A stretch of 64,000 nucleotides of DNA from Myxococcota bacterium (GCA_045106235.1 JBGCEJ010000023.1:129052-193051); one strand, 5' to 3'. Counted from the stretch's first letter, positions 18,454-28,228 are shown. Notes: generated by a model not told the origin, from the letters alone. Made by a program: numbers and translations.

Positions 18454-19476
18454 CTATGTCTTTTCATTCGCCTCAAGGCGAGCCGCGAAATCGATCATCA
18501 CGGCATTTCGGTCCACGCGGTAGGCCTCGGTCATCGTCCGCGAAGCCTCCGGGCCCGATCTCCAGACATGCCCCCCATCGACATGGGCACGCGGGACGGT
18601 CCGACTGGAGAGCCAATCGGGATTGATAAGGGAGGCCGTCGCAATCATGTCCCAGATGATCCAAGACCGGCCGGGCTCGGCGAAGTTTGGGGCGATCGGG
18701 TTATGCGTATAGATCTCGTAGAGAAGGTCGCCGAGTGCGCCTCGTCCGCGAACCCAGGCCTCCACGTCGGGCAGGGAAAGCTGAAGCGTCTCTGCGACGC
18801 CGTAGCCCGGGAGATAGAAAAGGGGGACATCGCTTTCGAGCAGGACATTACTTGCGTAGCGGTCCTGCACGAGGTTGAAACTATCGTCCGGAAGGCCTGC
18901 GCCTGAGGCGTGACCGGCAAGGAAGCGCACGTGGAGACAGGGCGCGATGGAGGGCTCGAGCAAGAGGGCGGAGGCGACGTTGGTCGGGGCGCCGATGATG
19001 GCGACCTCGATTGGCGCTTCCGGGGACGCGGTCCGCGCGAGGCGGATGAGATCCCAAGCGGCTTCGCTTTCTACCGGGGTGCGGGGGCCGGGGAGGAAGC
19101 CTGCGCTGCCCCGTTTGACGCGCTCCCCAGGCGCAACGCCTGCGGCCTCGAAGACGCGCAGGATCTCTTCGAAGCTGCGCTCCATGCCCCGCTCCGGGGG
19201 TGTGTCGGCGAGCAGCTTTGTTCGCGCCTCCGCATCCATGGAATGGGCGAAGTGCTCCCAGCGCGATGCGGGGCCGCCTCTTTCAGCGCAGGCTGCGGCG
19301 AGGGCCGAGAAATAGACGCCATGCGAAAAGGGCGCGGCGTGGACCGCTTCAAGGGCGATCGCCTCGGGTGCAAGCAGGGCCCAGGCCAGAGCAAACTGAT
19401 CGTCGATTTCGTTCGCGGTGTCGGTGTCGAGGACGACGCGGCGGGGGGCCGGGCCGAGGGCTGGATCTTTGTTCAT
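18454..19476 (-). CDS. Nucleoside hydrolase (IU-NH family)
   Basis: The N-terminal VVLDTDTANEIDDQFALAWAL is the aspartate cluster of inosine-uridine-preferring nucleoside hydrolases. Confidence 0.8.
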   Translation of the reverse strand: MNKDPALGPAPRRVVLDTDTANEIDDQFALAWALLAPEAIALEAVHAAPFSHGVYFSALAAACAERGGPASRWEHFAHSMDAEARTKLLADTPPERGMERSFEEILRVFEAAGVAPGERVKRGSAGFLPGPRTPVESEAAWDLIRLARTASPEAPIEVAIIGAPTNVASALLLEPSIAPCLHVRFLAGHASGAGLPDDSFNLVQDRYASNVLLESDVPLFYLPGYGVAETLQLSLPDVEAWVRGRGALGDLLYEIYTHNPIAPNFAEPGRSWIIWDMIATASLINPDWLSSRTVPRAHVDGGHVWRSGPEASRTMTEAYRVDRNAVMIDFAARLEANEKT

Positions 19477-19615
19477 GCTTGCAGAATACCTCGCAAAGGG
19501 ACGTGTCGGGAGGGAGCGGGAATGCGCTCAGGGATCTAGGCTTAGACTGCAGCCGGGGCAGCGCTGGGCCCGTGCAATTTGAGTTCATCATCGAGATCGA
19601 AGGAGTACGCCGGAA

Positions 19616-20635
19616 ATGCTGAAGGTTACTGCCACCATGGGTGCGGATGTTCGTCTACAAGACGTGGCCGCCCATGCTCAGCGCGTTGAGTCCCTCGGTT
19701 ACGATATGCTCTCGGTGCCCGAAGCGGTTCATGACGGCATGTTGACGTCGCTCGCGGCACTCTCCGCCACGACGAAACTTAATGTGGGTACTGGCGTCCT
19801 GGTCGCCTTTGCGCGGAGCCCTATGCTCGCGGCTCAAGGGGCTTGGGATCTGGCGGAGATCTCGGGCGGGCGTTTTCAGCTGGGCCTCGGGACTCAGGTG
19901 AAAGGCAATATCATCGGCCGCTTCGGGATGCCCTGGAGCGCTCCCGCCGCGCGCCTCCGCGATTACGTCGGCGCGGTTCGCGCTTGCTTCGATACCTTTC
20001 AAAACGGCACGCCGCTCAATTTCGAAAGCGAGTCCTATACGCTGAACCGAATGCAGCCCTTCTTCAACCCGGGGCCGCTCGAATGCGGCGCACCGACGAT
20101 CATGATGGGCGCAGTTGGGCCCATCATGACGCGGACGGTCGGCGAAGTGGGGGACGCAATCCAAACGCATCCCACCAACAGTGAGGCGCGTTATTTGCGT
20201 GAGGTCACGCGGCCGAAACTCGACGAGGGTGTGCAGAAAGCCGGGCGTGATGTTCGGATTGAACTGGTTGCGGGGCCGATGATTGCAACGGGCGCGACGA
20301 GCGAAGAGGTCGAGGCTGAGGTGCAGGCGGCACGGGAGGCCTTGGTCTTCACGCTGAGTACGCCGGCCTATTGGCCCGCTCTGACGTTTCACGGTTGGCG
20401 TGAGGTGGGCGAGAAGCTTCGGGACTATACGCGCGCGGGGAAATGGGCGGAGATGAACGACCTTGTCTCGGATGAGATCTTGAAGACTTTCGTTCCATCC
20501 GGGACCTATGATGAAATCGCGGATATTCTCCTCGAGGATTACGGCGAAGTGGCGGAACGCGTTCTGTTCCCGGTCCCGAAGGACCCGAAGAACGATGAAG
20601 CCGCTCGACGCGCGATCGAGAAATTGCAGGCGTGA
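19616..20635 (+). CDS. Luciferase-like monooxygenase (LLM) class, probable F420-dependent oxidoreductase
   Basis: YDMLSVPEAVHD.., FQLGLGTQVKGNIIGRFGMPW and the overall length fit the LLM/F420 family. Confidence 0.75.
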   Translation: MLKVTATMGADVRLQDVAAHAQRVESLGYDMLSVPEAVHDGMLTSLAALSATTKLNVGTGVLVAFARSPMLAAQGAWDLAEISGGRFQLGLGTQVKGNIIGRFGMPWSAPAARLRDYVGAVRACFDTFQNGTPLNFESESYTLNRMQPFFNPGPLECGAPTIMMGAVGPIMTRTVGEVGDAIQTHPTNSEARYLREVTRPKLDEGVQKAGRDVRIELVAGPMIATGATSEEVEAEVQAAREALVFTLSTPAYWPALTFHGWREVGEKLRDYTRAGKWAEMNDLVSDEILKTFVPSGTYDEIADILLEDYGEVAERVLFPVPKDPKNDEAARRAIEKLQA

Positions 20636-20716
20636 CGGCTCGGCGAGAACGCTCGCCCGAGTAAGCGAACGCGATCAACCGAATTAAAGATTGAAGATTG
20701 AAGAGAGGAAAAGACC

Positions 20717-21919
20717 ATGGCCGCAGCTGAACTGGACCCCGAACTCTTTCTGCCCGAGCCCGAAAAGCGCGCGGAGAAGTACACGCTCATCTCGGTTGAT
20801 GATCATGTTGTCGAGCCGCCGCATCTCTTCGAGACCTATCTGCCGGCGAACCTCCGAGCGGAAGGGCCGAAGCTGATTGAAACGCCAGAGGGCCATCAGG
20901 TTTGGTCCTTCGAGGATCAGATCTTCACGCAGGTCGGGATGAACGCTGTGGCGGGAAGGCGGCCGGAGACCGTACAGCTCGAGCCCTTTCGGTTCGAGCA
21001 GATGCGACCGGGATGCTATGACGCCGATGCGCGGATCAAGGACATGGACATCGGCGGGGTCTGGGCGCAGCTGAATTTCCCATCGCAGATCACGGGCTTT
21101 TGCGGCCGCATTTTCGCTGCTGCGAAGAACAGAGAAGTCGGCGTCGCCTGTGTTCGGGCTTGGAATGACTGGATGTATGAGGAATGGCATAAGCCCCATC
21201 CCGAACGCATCATTCCCTGCGGCATCACCTATCTCAGCGATCCTAAACTCGCCGTCGAGGAGATCCATCGGAACGCCGAGCGAGGCTTCGTCTCTGTGAC
21301 CTTTCCCGAGCGCCCTCATGCGGTGAACTTGCCCAGCCTCTGGGAGCGGGATCATTGGGATCCGATCATCCAGGCCTGCGTCGATACGGATACCGTGATC
21401 TCCCTTCATGTGGGCAGTTCAGGGATGTATGAACTGCCGCCCGGATCGCCCATGCTTCAGCTGGGCGCGACGATGTTCGGCCAACTCTCTTTGGCGGCCT
21501 GTGCCGACTGGCTGTGGTCGGAGTATCCCCTGAAGCATCCCAATCTCAAGATCGCGATGTCCGAGGGCGGGATTGGTTGGGTCGCCATGCTGATGGATCG
21601 GCTCGACAATATCATCGACCGCTCCGGATACGGCATGGGCTGGGATATTCGTCCGGCCGATGTTCTGAAGCGTAATTTTTGGTTCTGTACCCTCGATGAT
21701 CCGGGCACGATCGACACGCGCTACCGGATCGGGGTGGAGAATATTCTGTTCGAAACGGATTACCCTCATGGCGACGGGACATGGCCCGATAGCCAAGATC
21801 TGGTCACCGAAGTCTGGGGGCATATCCCGAATAACGAACTGCGGATGATGTGCTCGGAGAACGCCGCGAAGCTCTATCGGCATCCGCTTCCGAAGGTGGT
21901 CCTGCCGCTGGACGACTAA
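20717..21919 (+). CDS. Amidohydrolase-2 (ACMSD-like metal-dependent hydrolase) family protein
   Basis: SVDDHVVEPP is at the N-terminus. ILFETDYPHGDGTWP is the C-terminal metal-binding motif of the family. Confidence 0.8.
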   Translation: MAAAELDPELFLPEPEKRAEKYTLISVDDHVVEPPHLFETYLPANLRAEGPKLIETPEGHQVWSFEDQIFTQVGMNAVAGRRPETVQLEPFRFEQMRPGCYDADARIKDMDIGGVWAQLNFPSQITGFCGRIFAAAKNREVGVACVRAWNDWMYEEWHKPHPERIIPCGITYLSDPKLAVEEIHRNAERGFVSVTFPERPHAVNLPSLWERDHWDPIIQACVDTDTVISLHVGSSGMYELPPGSPMLQLGATMFGQLSLAACADWLWSEYPLKHPNLKIAMSEGGIGWVAMLMDRLDNIIDRSGYGMGWDIRPADVLKRNFWFCTLDDPGTIDTRYRIGVENILFETDYPHGDGTWPDSQDLVTEVWGHIPNNELRMMCSENAAKLYRHPLPKVVLPLDD

Positions 21920-21926
21920 CGGAAGG

Positions 21927-22733
21927 CTAACGGACGATCGCGGTTAGGCAGGACTCGCCCGGCGCACGAGCGCCTCCGTCCAGTGGGAACTGGCAGACAA
22001 GGTCCACTTTTTTCGTGACCGGGACCGGCATGGACGCGGCCAGAGTGCCATGCCCATAGGTCGCGAAATACGTTCGCCAATGGCATTTCTGCTTTGCCTC
22101 GTCCAAGGGCTTGCAGCGATCGGGAAGGGCGCCGATCAAACGGCTCATTTCTTCGAGGCTTCTTGCTTCATCGAGCCACGACTGAGCTGTGCTCTGTAAG
22201 CCACTGCGGATTTTGGAAACCGAGAGATGGCTCTTTCGCGTTTTTCGTTTGATGGCCACGGCATTAAACATGCGTCGATTCGAATGTCGAGGCCGTGCCG
22301 TACAGGCGGGGCTTTCGGCAGCGCGGATCGCAGGCTCTGGCTTCTGTGATGGGGTTGGCGATTTCGGTGGTGATTTCGGCGGTGATTTCGGCGGTACTGG
22401 AAGCCGGCAGATCAGAGAGAAGCGGTCTTCGGTGCCGAGGGCGTCGTAGAATGCTTCCCAGCCGGCGCTTTTTCGGGTGAGGTGCCACTCGCAGAGACGT
22501 TCCGCATCTCCGACCGCATAGCACCGGAGCACTCCGTTCCCCACGAGATCAGAGATTGCGTTTTCGGTCAGCTTGCCCAGCAGTAAAGCGTCGACGTTGT
22601 GCTGCCATATCTGCGGCGCCGGCCGAGGCGCCTGCTGGGCGTAAGCGGGCATTGTTCCGTGGAGCAGCGCTCCGAATATCGTGACCACAAACGAGATGCA
22701 GATCCAGAGAGAGCGTGAATCGCGCGCCTTCAT
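21927..22733 (-). CDS. Secreted Cys-rich hypothetical protein, paralog A
   Basis: Start trimmed to MKARDSRSLWICISFVVTIFGALL.. (ATG at 22733, overlapping the upstream stop as ATGA). It shares 8 conserved Cys and blocks (SLICRL, ARP.SNRRMF, TYGHGTLAA, KKVD..C) with the upstream gene. Confidence 0.6.
   Translation of the reverse strand: MKARDSRSLWICISFVVTIFGALLHGTMPAYAQQAPRPAPQIWQHNVDALLLGKLTENAISDLVGNGVLRCYAVGDAERLCEWHLTRKSAGWEAFYDALGTEDRFSLICRLPVPPKSPPKSPPKSPTPSQKPEPAIRAAESPACTARPRHSNRRMFNAVAIKRKTRKSHLSVSKIRSGLQSTAQSWLDEARSLEEMSRLIGALPDRCKPLDEAKQKCHWRTYFATYGHGTLAASMPVPVTKKVDLVCQFPLDGGARAPGESCLTAIVR
22357..22392. repeat. 12-nt tandem repeat x3 inside paralog A (encodes PPKS x3 on the minus strand)
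   Basis: The units are ggcgatttcggt, ggtgatttcggc and ggtgatttcggc, read directly. The protein has PPKSPPKSPPKSP. Confidence 0.8.
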
Positions 22734-23563
22734 GATTCGGGCGTGAGCTGGCAACTTGCCCCGCTCTTGCGGAAGCGTCCGTCGGTGGGGAGGTTGCAAA
22801 TGAAGTCCACCTTTTTGCTGCCGGAGATCGGGATGGCAGCGGCGAGCGTGCCATGTCCATACGTCTCTGAGGAAGTGCGCCAGAGGCATCTCTGGAGGTC
22901 TTGCCCGGCGGGTTTGCAGGAACTCGGAAGATCGCCGAGCAGGCGGCTCAGCTCTTCGAGATTGCGAGCTGAGTTCAGCCAGGACATCGCTGTCGGGCGC
23001 AGTACGTTCCGGATGTCCCGATCCTTCCAACGAGGTTGATTCACGGTTTTCTTTCGGTGGATCTTCTGCTTTTCTTTTTGGCGGAGCTCCCATTCGTGCT
23101 TGAACCGGATCGGGCTGAACATTCGTCGGTTGGAGCGCATAGGGCGCGCTGAGCATGCTTTGGCATCCGCGGCATTCCCCTCATTCGTCAGGCGGCAGAT
23201 CAGCGAGACCCGAGCGCGCGTGTCGAGTGCCTTCGCGACTTGCCGCCAAGGGGGCTGCGCCCGGCCGAGGTTCCATTGGCAGAGCTGGTCGGACTCGCCG
23301 ACGGGGATGCAGCGCTCAGGGAGGGCTCGATTCTGTTCGATGAGCCCGTCTTTCGTCGGCTGCTCTCCGAAGATCTGGTTGACGCTGGCTTGCCATGAAG
23401 CGGGGGGCCTCTCGGGACCCGCTTGAACGACGGAGGGAAAGATCGGCGCGAGCGCGATCGCGGCAAAGAGTGAAGCAGCGATGAAGCCAGCTTGAGTCGA
23501 GAACACGGGGAATCTCCTGGGTATGCGTGCGCCGAAAGGATAGGGCAGGTCTTGGCGACGCAA
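22730..23563 (-). CDS. Secreted Cys-rich hypothetical protein, paralog B
   Basis: 277 aa with a hydrophobic N-terminal segment, GFIAASLFAAIALAPIFPSVVQA. Colinear with paralog A. Confidence 0.6.
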   Translation of the reverse strand: MRRQDLPYPFGARIPRRFPVFSTQAGFIAASLFAAIALAPIFPSVVQAGPERPPASWQASVNQIFGEQPTKDGLIEQNRALPERCIPVGESDQLCQWNLGRAQPPWRQVAKALDTRARVSLICRLTNEGNAADAKACSARPMRSNRRMFSPIRFKHEWELRQKEKQKIHRKKTVNQPRWKDRDIRNVLRPTAMSWLNSARNLEELSRLLGDLPSSCKPAGQDLQRCLWRTSSETYGHGTLAAAIPISGSKKVDFICNLPTDGRFRKSGASCQLTPES

Positions 23564-23682
23564 ATGGCCTGCCGCCCGCGCTGAGCCCGCTCGTTTGGCG
23601 CTGGCAGAGGGTCTATGAGATCTGCGATGCTGAAGAGAAGCGCAGCCCCACGTTCAACGCGGGCAGATGAAGGAGAGCGGAG

Positions 23683-25347
23683 ATGTCGACGATTGCGATT
23701 CGGGGTGGGACGGTCATGGACGGGACGGGCGCGCCGGGTGTCGAGGCGGATGTTCTGGTTAAAGACGGTCGGATCGCGGAGGTCGGCGACGGTCTTCGAG
23801 GCGATCAGGAACTCGACGCCAGCGGAGCCATCGTGAGTCCTGGCTTCATCGATATTCACACGCATTACGATGCGCAGGTTTTTTGGGATCCCGCGCTGAC
23901 GCCGTCTTGCTTCCACGGCGTGACGACGGTGGTCGCTGGCAATTGTGGTTTCACGATCGCGCCGACCCGGGAGAATGATCGCGAGACGATCGCGCTCACG
24001 CTCGAAAAGGTGGAGGACATGAATCCTGCCTCGCTGATGGAAGGCATTCCCTGGGACTTCGAGACGTTCCCGGAGTACCTGGCTTCGGTTGAACGGCGGG
24101 GCACCTTGCTGAACTACGGCGCTTATATCGGGCACACGGCTCTGCGCCTCTTTCATATGGGCGCGGAGGCGGCCTACGAACGCGCGGCGACCGACGCCGA
24201 AGTCGCCGCGATGGCCGGCTCGGTTCGGGAAGCCATGGAGGCGGGCGCGGTCGGGCTCGCGACGAGTTTTGCGCCGACGCATGTCGGTGTCGGCGGCAAA
24301 CCCGTCTGCAGTCGGCTGGCCGAGTTTTCGGAATTTGAGGCGCTCGCGGGAGAACTTGCGAAGATGGGTCGCGGTGTGATCGAGGCGACTCTGGGCCAGG
24401 GCTTCGCCTACGACGAGGTCTACGATTTTCAACGGCGGATCGGAGTGCCGCTGACCTACACGGCGCTGCTTGCGATTCCTGGTCTCTGGCAGCATGGCGC
24501 GAAGGTGCATAACGAGCAGGTCGCGCGGGGGACAGGAGTTTGGCCCCAAATCTCGGTTCGGGCGATCACGCTGCAGACGCAGCTCAAGCAGCCCTTCGCG
24601 TTTGATTCAGCGGATTGTTTTGCTGCGCTCTATGCGGAGAAGCCGGAAGTCCGGGTCGAGCGCTACAAAGATGCGGAGTGGCGGAAGAAGGCCGTCGAGG
24701 AACTCAAGCATATTGCCTTGGCGACGCGTTGGGAGAATTTCGAGCTCGCCGAAACGGAAGTGCATAAGGGACTGATTGACCGCAAGCTGGTGGATCTGGC
24801 GAAGGAGCGCGGCGAGCATCCTTTCGACACGATGGTGGCGCTTTCGCTCGATGAGAATTTGGAAACGCGGTTCCGCTACGTCCTGGCCAATGATGACGAA
24901 GAGGGCATCGAACATCTGCTTCAGCAAGATCAGATGGCGATCGGGCTTTCCGATGCGGGCGCGCATGTGGGGATGCTCTGCGATGCGCCTTTGCCGACGG
25001 ATCTCTTGGGCAACTGGGTGCGGGAGCGTCAGGTGATTCCGCTTGAGACCGCGGTCCATAAGCTGACGGGGGAGCCGGCGGGCATTTTTAAGTTCGAGGA
25101 CCGAGGCGTCATTCGGCCGGGCGCTCACGCGGATCTCTGCGTGTTTGATCCGAAGACGGTCGGTCCGGGCGGTATTCGGCGCGTTCAGGATTTTCCGGCG
25201 GGCGCAGATCGGCTGACAGCAGATTCGCCGACGGGCATTCGGCACGTCCTCGTGAACGGGACTCCGATCGCGCAAGAAGGAGAGAGTCAGGTCGACCGGT
25301 TGACCGAGATGCCTGGGCAGCGCCCCTCGCAGCTGAATTTCAAATAG
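23683..25347 (+). CDS. D-aminoacylase / N-acyl-D-amino-acid deacylase-family amidohydrolase
   Basis: IRGGTVMDGTGAP..DVLVKDGRIAEVG..VSPGFIDIHTHYD at the N-terminus, with GLSDAGAH and ADLCVFDP later. Confidence 0.85.
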   Translation: MSTIAIRGGTVMDGTGAPGVEADVLVKDGRIAEVGDGLRGDQELDASGAIVSPGFIDIHTHYDAQVFWDPALTPSCFHGVTTVVAGNCGFTIAPTRENDRETIALTLEKVEDMNPASLMEGIPWDFETFPEYLASVERRGTLLNYGAYIGHTALRLFHMGAEAAYERAATDAEVAAMAGSVREAMEAGAVGLATSFAPTHVGVGGKPVCSRLAEFSEFEALAGELAKMGRGVIEATLGQGFAYDEVYDFQRRIGVPLTYTALLAIPGLWQHGAKVHNEQVARGTGVWPQISVRAITLQTQLKQPFAFDSADCFAALYAEKPEVRVERYKDAEWRKKAVEELKHIALATRWENFELAETEVHKGLIDRKLVDLAKERGEHPFDTMVALSLDENLETRFRYVLANDDEEGIEHLLQQDQMAIGLSDAGAHVGMLCDAPLPTDLLGNWVRERQVIPLETAVHKLTGEPAGIFKFEDRGVIRPGAHADLCVFDPKTVGPGGIRRVQDFPAGADRLTADSPTGIRHVLVNGTPIAQEGESQVDRLTEMPGQRPSQLNFK

Positions 25348-25361
25348 CAGGGGGCTGAACC

Positions 25362-26276
25362 ATGAGTGCGAACGGGTCGAGGGCGAACGCGCCCGTCATC
25401 ATTGAAGCCGCGATCAACGGGGCCACCCAGCCCGATCGCAATCGGAATTCGCCGCAAAGCCAGCCCGCTTTGATTGAAGATGCGATCCGCTGCATCGAAG
25501 CGGGAGCGGCGATCGTGCATACCCATGCGCCGGATATCAGCCTGCAAGGGCAGGCGGGGGCGGACGCGTATCTGGCTCATTTCGCTCCGATTCATGAACG
25601 CTGTCCAGAGGCGATTCTCTATCCGACGCTCTCTTTCGCGGAAACGATCGAGGAGAAGACGAGCCATATCGAGCCCCTCGCGAAGGCGTTTCCTTTGCGG
25701 ATGGGATTCGTGGATCCGGGATCGACGAACCTGATGCCGACGGAAGATTCCGGGCGGCCTATGCAGACCGACTGGGTCTATGCGAATTCGCCGGCGGATA
25801 TCGCGTATAAGTTCGCGCTCTGCGAGCGGTTGGGGCTTGGCCCCGGCATGGCGATTTTCGAGCCGGGGTTCATGCGCGCGGCGATGGGGTACGTCGCTGC
25901 CGGCGAGATGCCGCCCGGGGCGTTTTTGCGTTTCTATTTCGGGGGCGAGCGCAGCTACCGAGGGGAGGGGAAGGTGGATCTCCTTTTCGGTCTGCCGCCG
26001 CGGAAGTCCTCGCTGGACGTCTATCTTGAACTGCTGGGCGACGTGGATCTTCCGTGGTCTGTGGCCATTGTCTCGGGAGATCCTTGGGACGGCGATGTCG
26101 CGCGTCACGCTTTGGAGCGCGGGGGCCACATACGGGTTGGGCTTGAAGACTATGCGGGGACCCGGGCCCCGAGCAATCTTGAACTCGTCGAGGAAGCGGT
26201 CGCGCTCTGCGCAGAGATGGGGCGACCCGTTGCGACCGCAGCTGAAACCGCTGAGATCTTGAGACTGCCCCGCTGA
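25362..26276 (+). CDS. 3-keto-5-aminohexanoate cleavage enzyme family (BKACE/DUF849)
   Basis: VIIEAAINGA.. and IVHTHAP.. match, and the length and TIM-barrel-like pattern are typical of BKACE. Confidence 0.75.
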   Translation: MSANGSRANAPVIIEAAINGATQPDRNRNSPQSQPALIEDAIRCIEAGAAIVHTHAPDISLQGQAGADAYLAHFAPIHERCPEAILYPTLSFAETIEEKTSHIEPLAKAFPLRMGFVDPGSTNLMPTEDSGRPMQTDWVYANSPADIAYKFALCERLGLGPGMAIFEPGFMRAAMGYVAAGEMPPGAFLRFYFGGERSYRGEGKVDLLFGLPPRKSSLDVYLELLGDVDLPWSVAIVSGDPWDGDVARHALERGGHIRVGLEDYAGTRAPSNLELVEEAVALCAEMGRPVATAAETAEILRLPR

Positions 26277-26384
26277 CGTTGGCCGCCTGATACTGCCTGA
26301 CTGCACGACTGCCTGCCTGACCCGGCGCCTGCACATGCGAATCACGCTTTGTGCATCAGCGCTTCGAACGGAGATTCGCCGCGA

Positions 26385-27119
26385 ATGACGACCGAAGAGC
26401 ATGAGGGACATGGCTGGTGGCCTTATGTCGTGCCCTATGTCGCTTTCATGCTGATGACGATGTTTGGGGGGCGCCTGCCGGATTCGGCCGCGCCCTTCCT
26501 GCTGGGCATCAAGCCCGCGATCGTGCTGGGGATCGTGGTCTGGTTCTGGCGAGGCGGAGCGTATCCCGAATGGCGAGGTGAGGGCGCTCGGCTTGGGCTC
26601 TTCGGTGGATTACAGGATATTGCCGTGGGGCTCGCGCTCACCGCGGTTTGGGTGGCGCCCTTCATTCTCTTCCCGAGCCTGCGGCCGGAGCCGGGCGGCG
26701 AGTTCGATGCGGCCATGGCGGGCGAAGAGTGGGTCGGCGTGATCTTACTTCTCCGCCTCTTTGGCTACGCCCTGGTCACGCCCATCTTCGAGGAACTCTT
26801 CATTCGGGATTTCGTGATGCGGATCGCTGATGTCTACGATCAGGGCGATTTCCGAGATCAGCCTCTCGCCCGGTACACCCTGCGCAGCATGATCATCACG
26901 ACCGTGATCTTTACTGCGGGGCATGTGCCTTGGGAATGGGGCGTGTGCGTGGCCTGGATCGTGCTCTCGAATCTCTGGTTCTATCACCGAAAGAGTCTGA
27001 GTTCGATCATGCTCGTGCATGGCACGACGAATGCGGCGCTGCTCTGGCTGGCGGTCTACGCGGGGGATTGGTTCACGGGCGCGGACGGCACGCCGTTTTC
27101 ATTCTGGTTCTTCGTCTAG
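26385..27119 (+). CDS. CPBP-family intramembrane glutamic endopeptidase (CAAX protease/Abi)
   Basis: Motifs are EELFIRDF (EExxxR), FTAGHVP (FxxxH) and VHGTTNAA (HxxxN) in a multi-TM protein. The ORF track start at 26349 is also possible. Confidence 0.75.
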   Translation: MTTEEHEGHGWWPYVVPYVAFMLMTMFGGRLPDSAAPFLLGIKPAIVLGIVVWFWRGGAYPEWRGEGARLGLFGGLQDIAVGLALTAVWVAPFILFPSLRPEPGGEFDAAMAGEEWVGVILLLRLFGYALVTPIFEELFIRDFVMRIADVYDQGDFRDQPLARYTLRSMIITTVIFTAGHVPWEWGVCVAWIVLSNLWFYHRKSLSSIMLVHGTTNAALLWLAVYAGDWFTGADGTPFSFWFFV

Positions 27120-27121
27120 TT

Positions 27122-27448
27122 TCAGGCCGCGCCGCGGTGGCCACGGCGAACGCGCTGCGCGAGGTCGGTCAATTCGATGACGGCTTCCTGCAGCGAATCG
27201 GTCTTGCCGTCTTCGGCGGACATCGCCACGGCTTTGGCGTTCTGCGCCATGCCCGGATAGCCGAGTCGGTCGGCGTCGGTTGCCAGCTGCCGCGAGAGCA
27301 GGGCGACCTGTGAGAAACTCTCGACGAGTTCCGCGTCCTGAATCGAGTCAACGCGCTCGGCCAGGCTGATCACGAAGCGGTCGATTTCCTCGGCCATTTC
27401 GGGGATGTCTTCTTGAGTGGATCGGATGGGCGATTTGCGTTCGAACAT
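27122..27448 (-). CDS. Small helical hypothetical protein, Hpt-like but lacking the phospho-accepting His
   Basis: 108 aa. LLSRQLATDADRLGYPGMAQNAKAVAMS aligns by eye with the Hpt AHxLKGSAxxxG helix, with no His present. Weak call. Confidence 0.4.
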   Translation of the reverse strand: MFERKSPIRSTQEDIPEMAEEIDRFVISLAERVDSIQDAELVESFSQVALLSRQLATDADRLGYPGMAQNAKAVAMSAEDGKTDSLQEAVIELTDLAQRVRRGHRGAA

Positions 27449-27568
27449 GAGGGGGGCATCGGCCGACGCGAATCAAAACTAGAGAGGCGGCGCGGAACTT
27501 GTTGCATCCGAGACGGTCGCGGCCCGGCGGGAGTGGCTTTTTCCATTCTTTTGCCGCAGATTTGCGCA

Positions 27569-27856
27569 ATGCGATGCCATGCTTGTAGGGCGGAGAGCGG
27601 ATTGGCTTCCGGGGAGAAACCGGGCTTCCGCGCTGAATGCGAATCCTGCCAAGCGGACCTGCACGTCTGCATGAACTGTGCGCATTGGGACGCAAGCGCT
27701 TACAACGAATGTCGGGAGTCGTCGGCGGAGCGCGTGGCGGATCGCGACCGTGCGAATCGATGCGATTATTTTCGTCCGGGTGAGGGCGAGGGGCGTGCGG
27801 CGAGCTCAGCGAGCGACGCGCTTTCTGCCCTTGAAGATCTCTTCAGCAAGGATTGA
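27569..27856 (+). CDS. Small Cys-rich zinc-ribbon-like protein
   Basis: 95 aa from the internal Met. It has CHAC..CESC..CMNC plus two further Cys. The N-terminal extension of the 147-aa ORF looks non-coding. Confidence 0.45.
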   Translation: MRCHACRAESGLASGEKPGFRAECESCQADLHVCMNCAHWDASAYNECRESSAERVADRDRANRCDYFRPGEGEGRAASSASDALSALEDLFSKD

Positions 27857-28228
27857 TGCGCCGAATGCGAGCGCGCTGCCGCCGGACTGCGCTCAGACTG
27901 GATCGTTTCGCTGAGAGGACTCAAGTTGAGCCCCGAGCAAGCCGTCACCGAATGTCTGTGTCGTGCACTTACTAGGAGTCGAGCTTTGAGGGAGGTGTAA
28001 TCCCTGCGCTCGTTTCTCAGAGTGTCCCGCGGATCGATCGGCTAATCTCCGTTCAACACCGCGGATGCGCAAAGAAAATGAATGAGCGCCAGAATTCCGG
28101 GCCCCCGAGCGCGCAAGCTCGGGCACGGACCATGGCGCACAGAAGTCGCAAAACGGTGTCGAAACGGGTGCACGGACGAAGCGTGACGCCCCGCGACATC
28201 GATCTGATCTAGAAGAGGTTGAATCCCA

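Noticed and set aside
22734-23156. N-terminal extension giving a 409-aa version of paralog A that would overlap paralog B by about 420 nt
   Set aside because: The extension is Pro/Arg-rich and lies inside the paralog B coding frame. The internal ATG at 22733 precedes a signal-like hydrophobic segment and forms an ATGA overlap with the paralog B stop.
23200-24549. 449-aa minus-strand ORF antisense to the D-aminoacylase gene, and similar long antisense ORFs at 25287-26411, 28640-29815 and 35713-36933
   Set aside because: All have Arg-rich, low-information composition and lie opposite genes with strong family motifs (amidohydrolase, BKACE, carbamoyltransferase, MutL). They are GC-rich antisense-frame artefacts.
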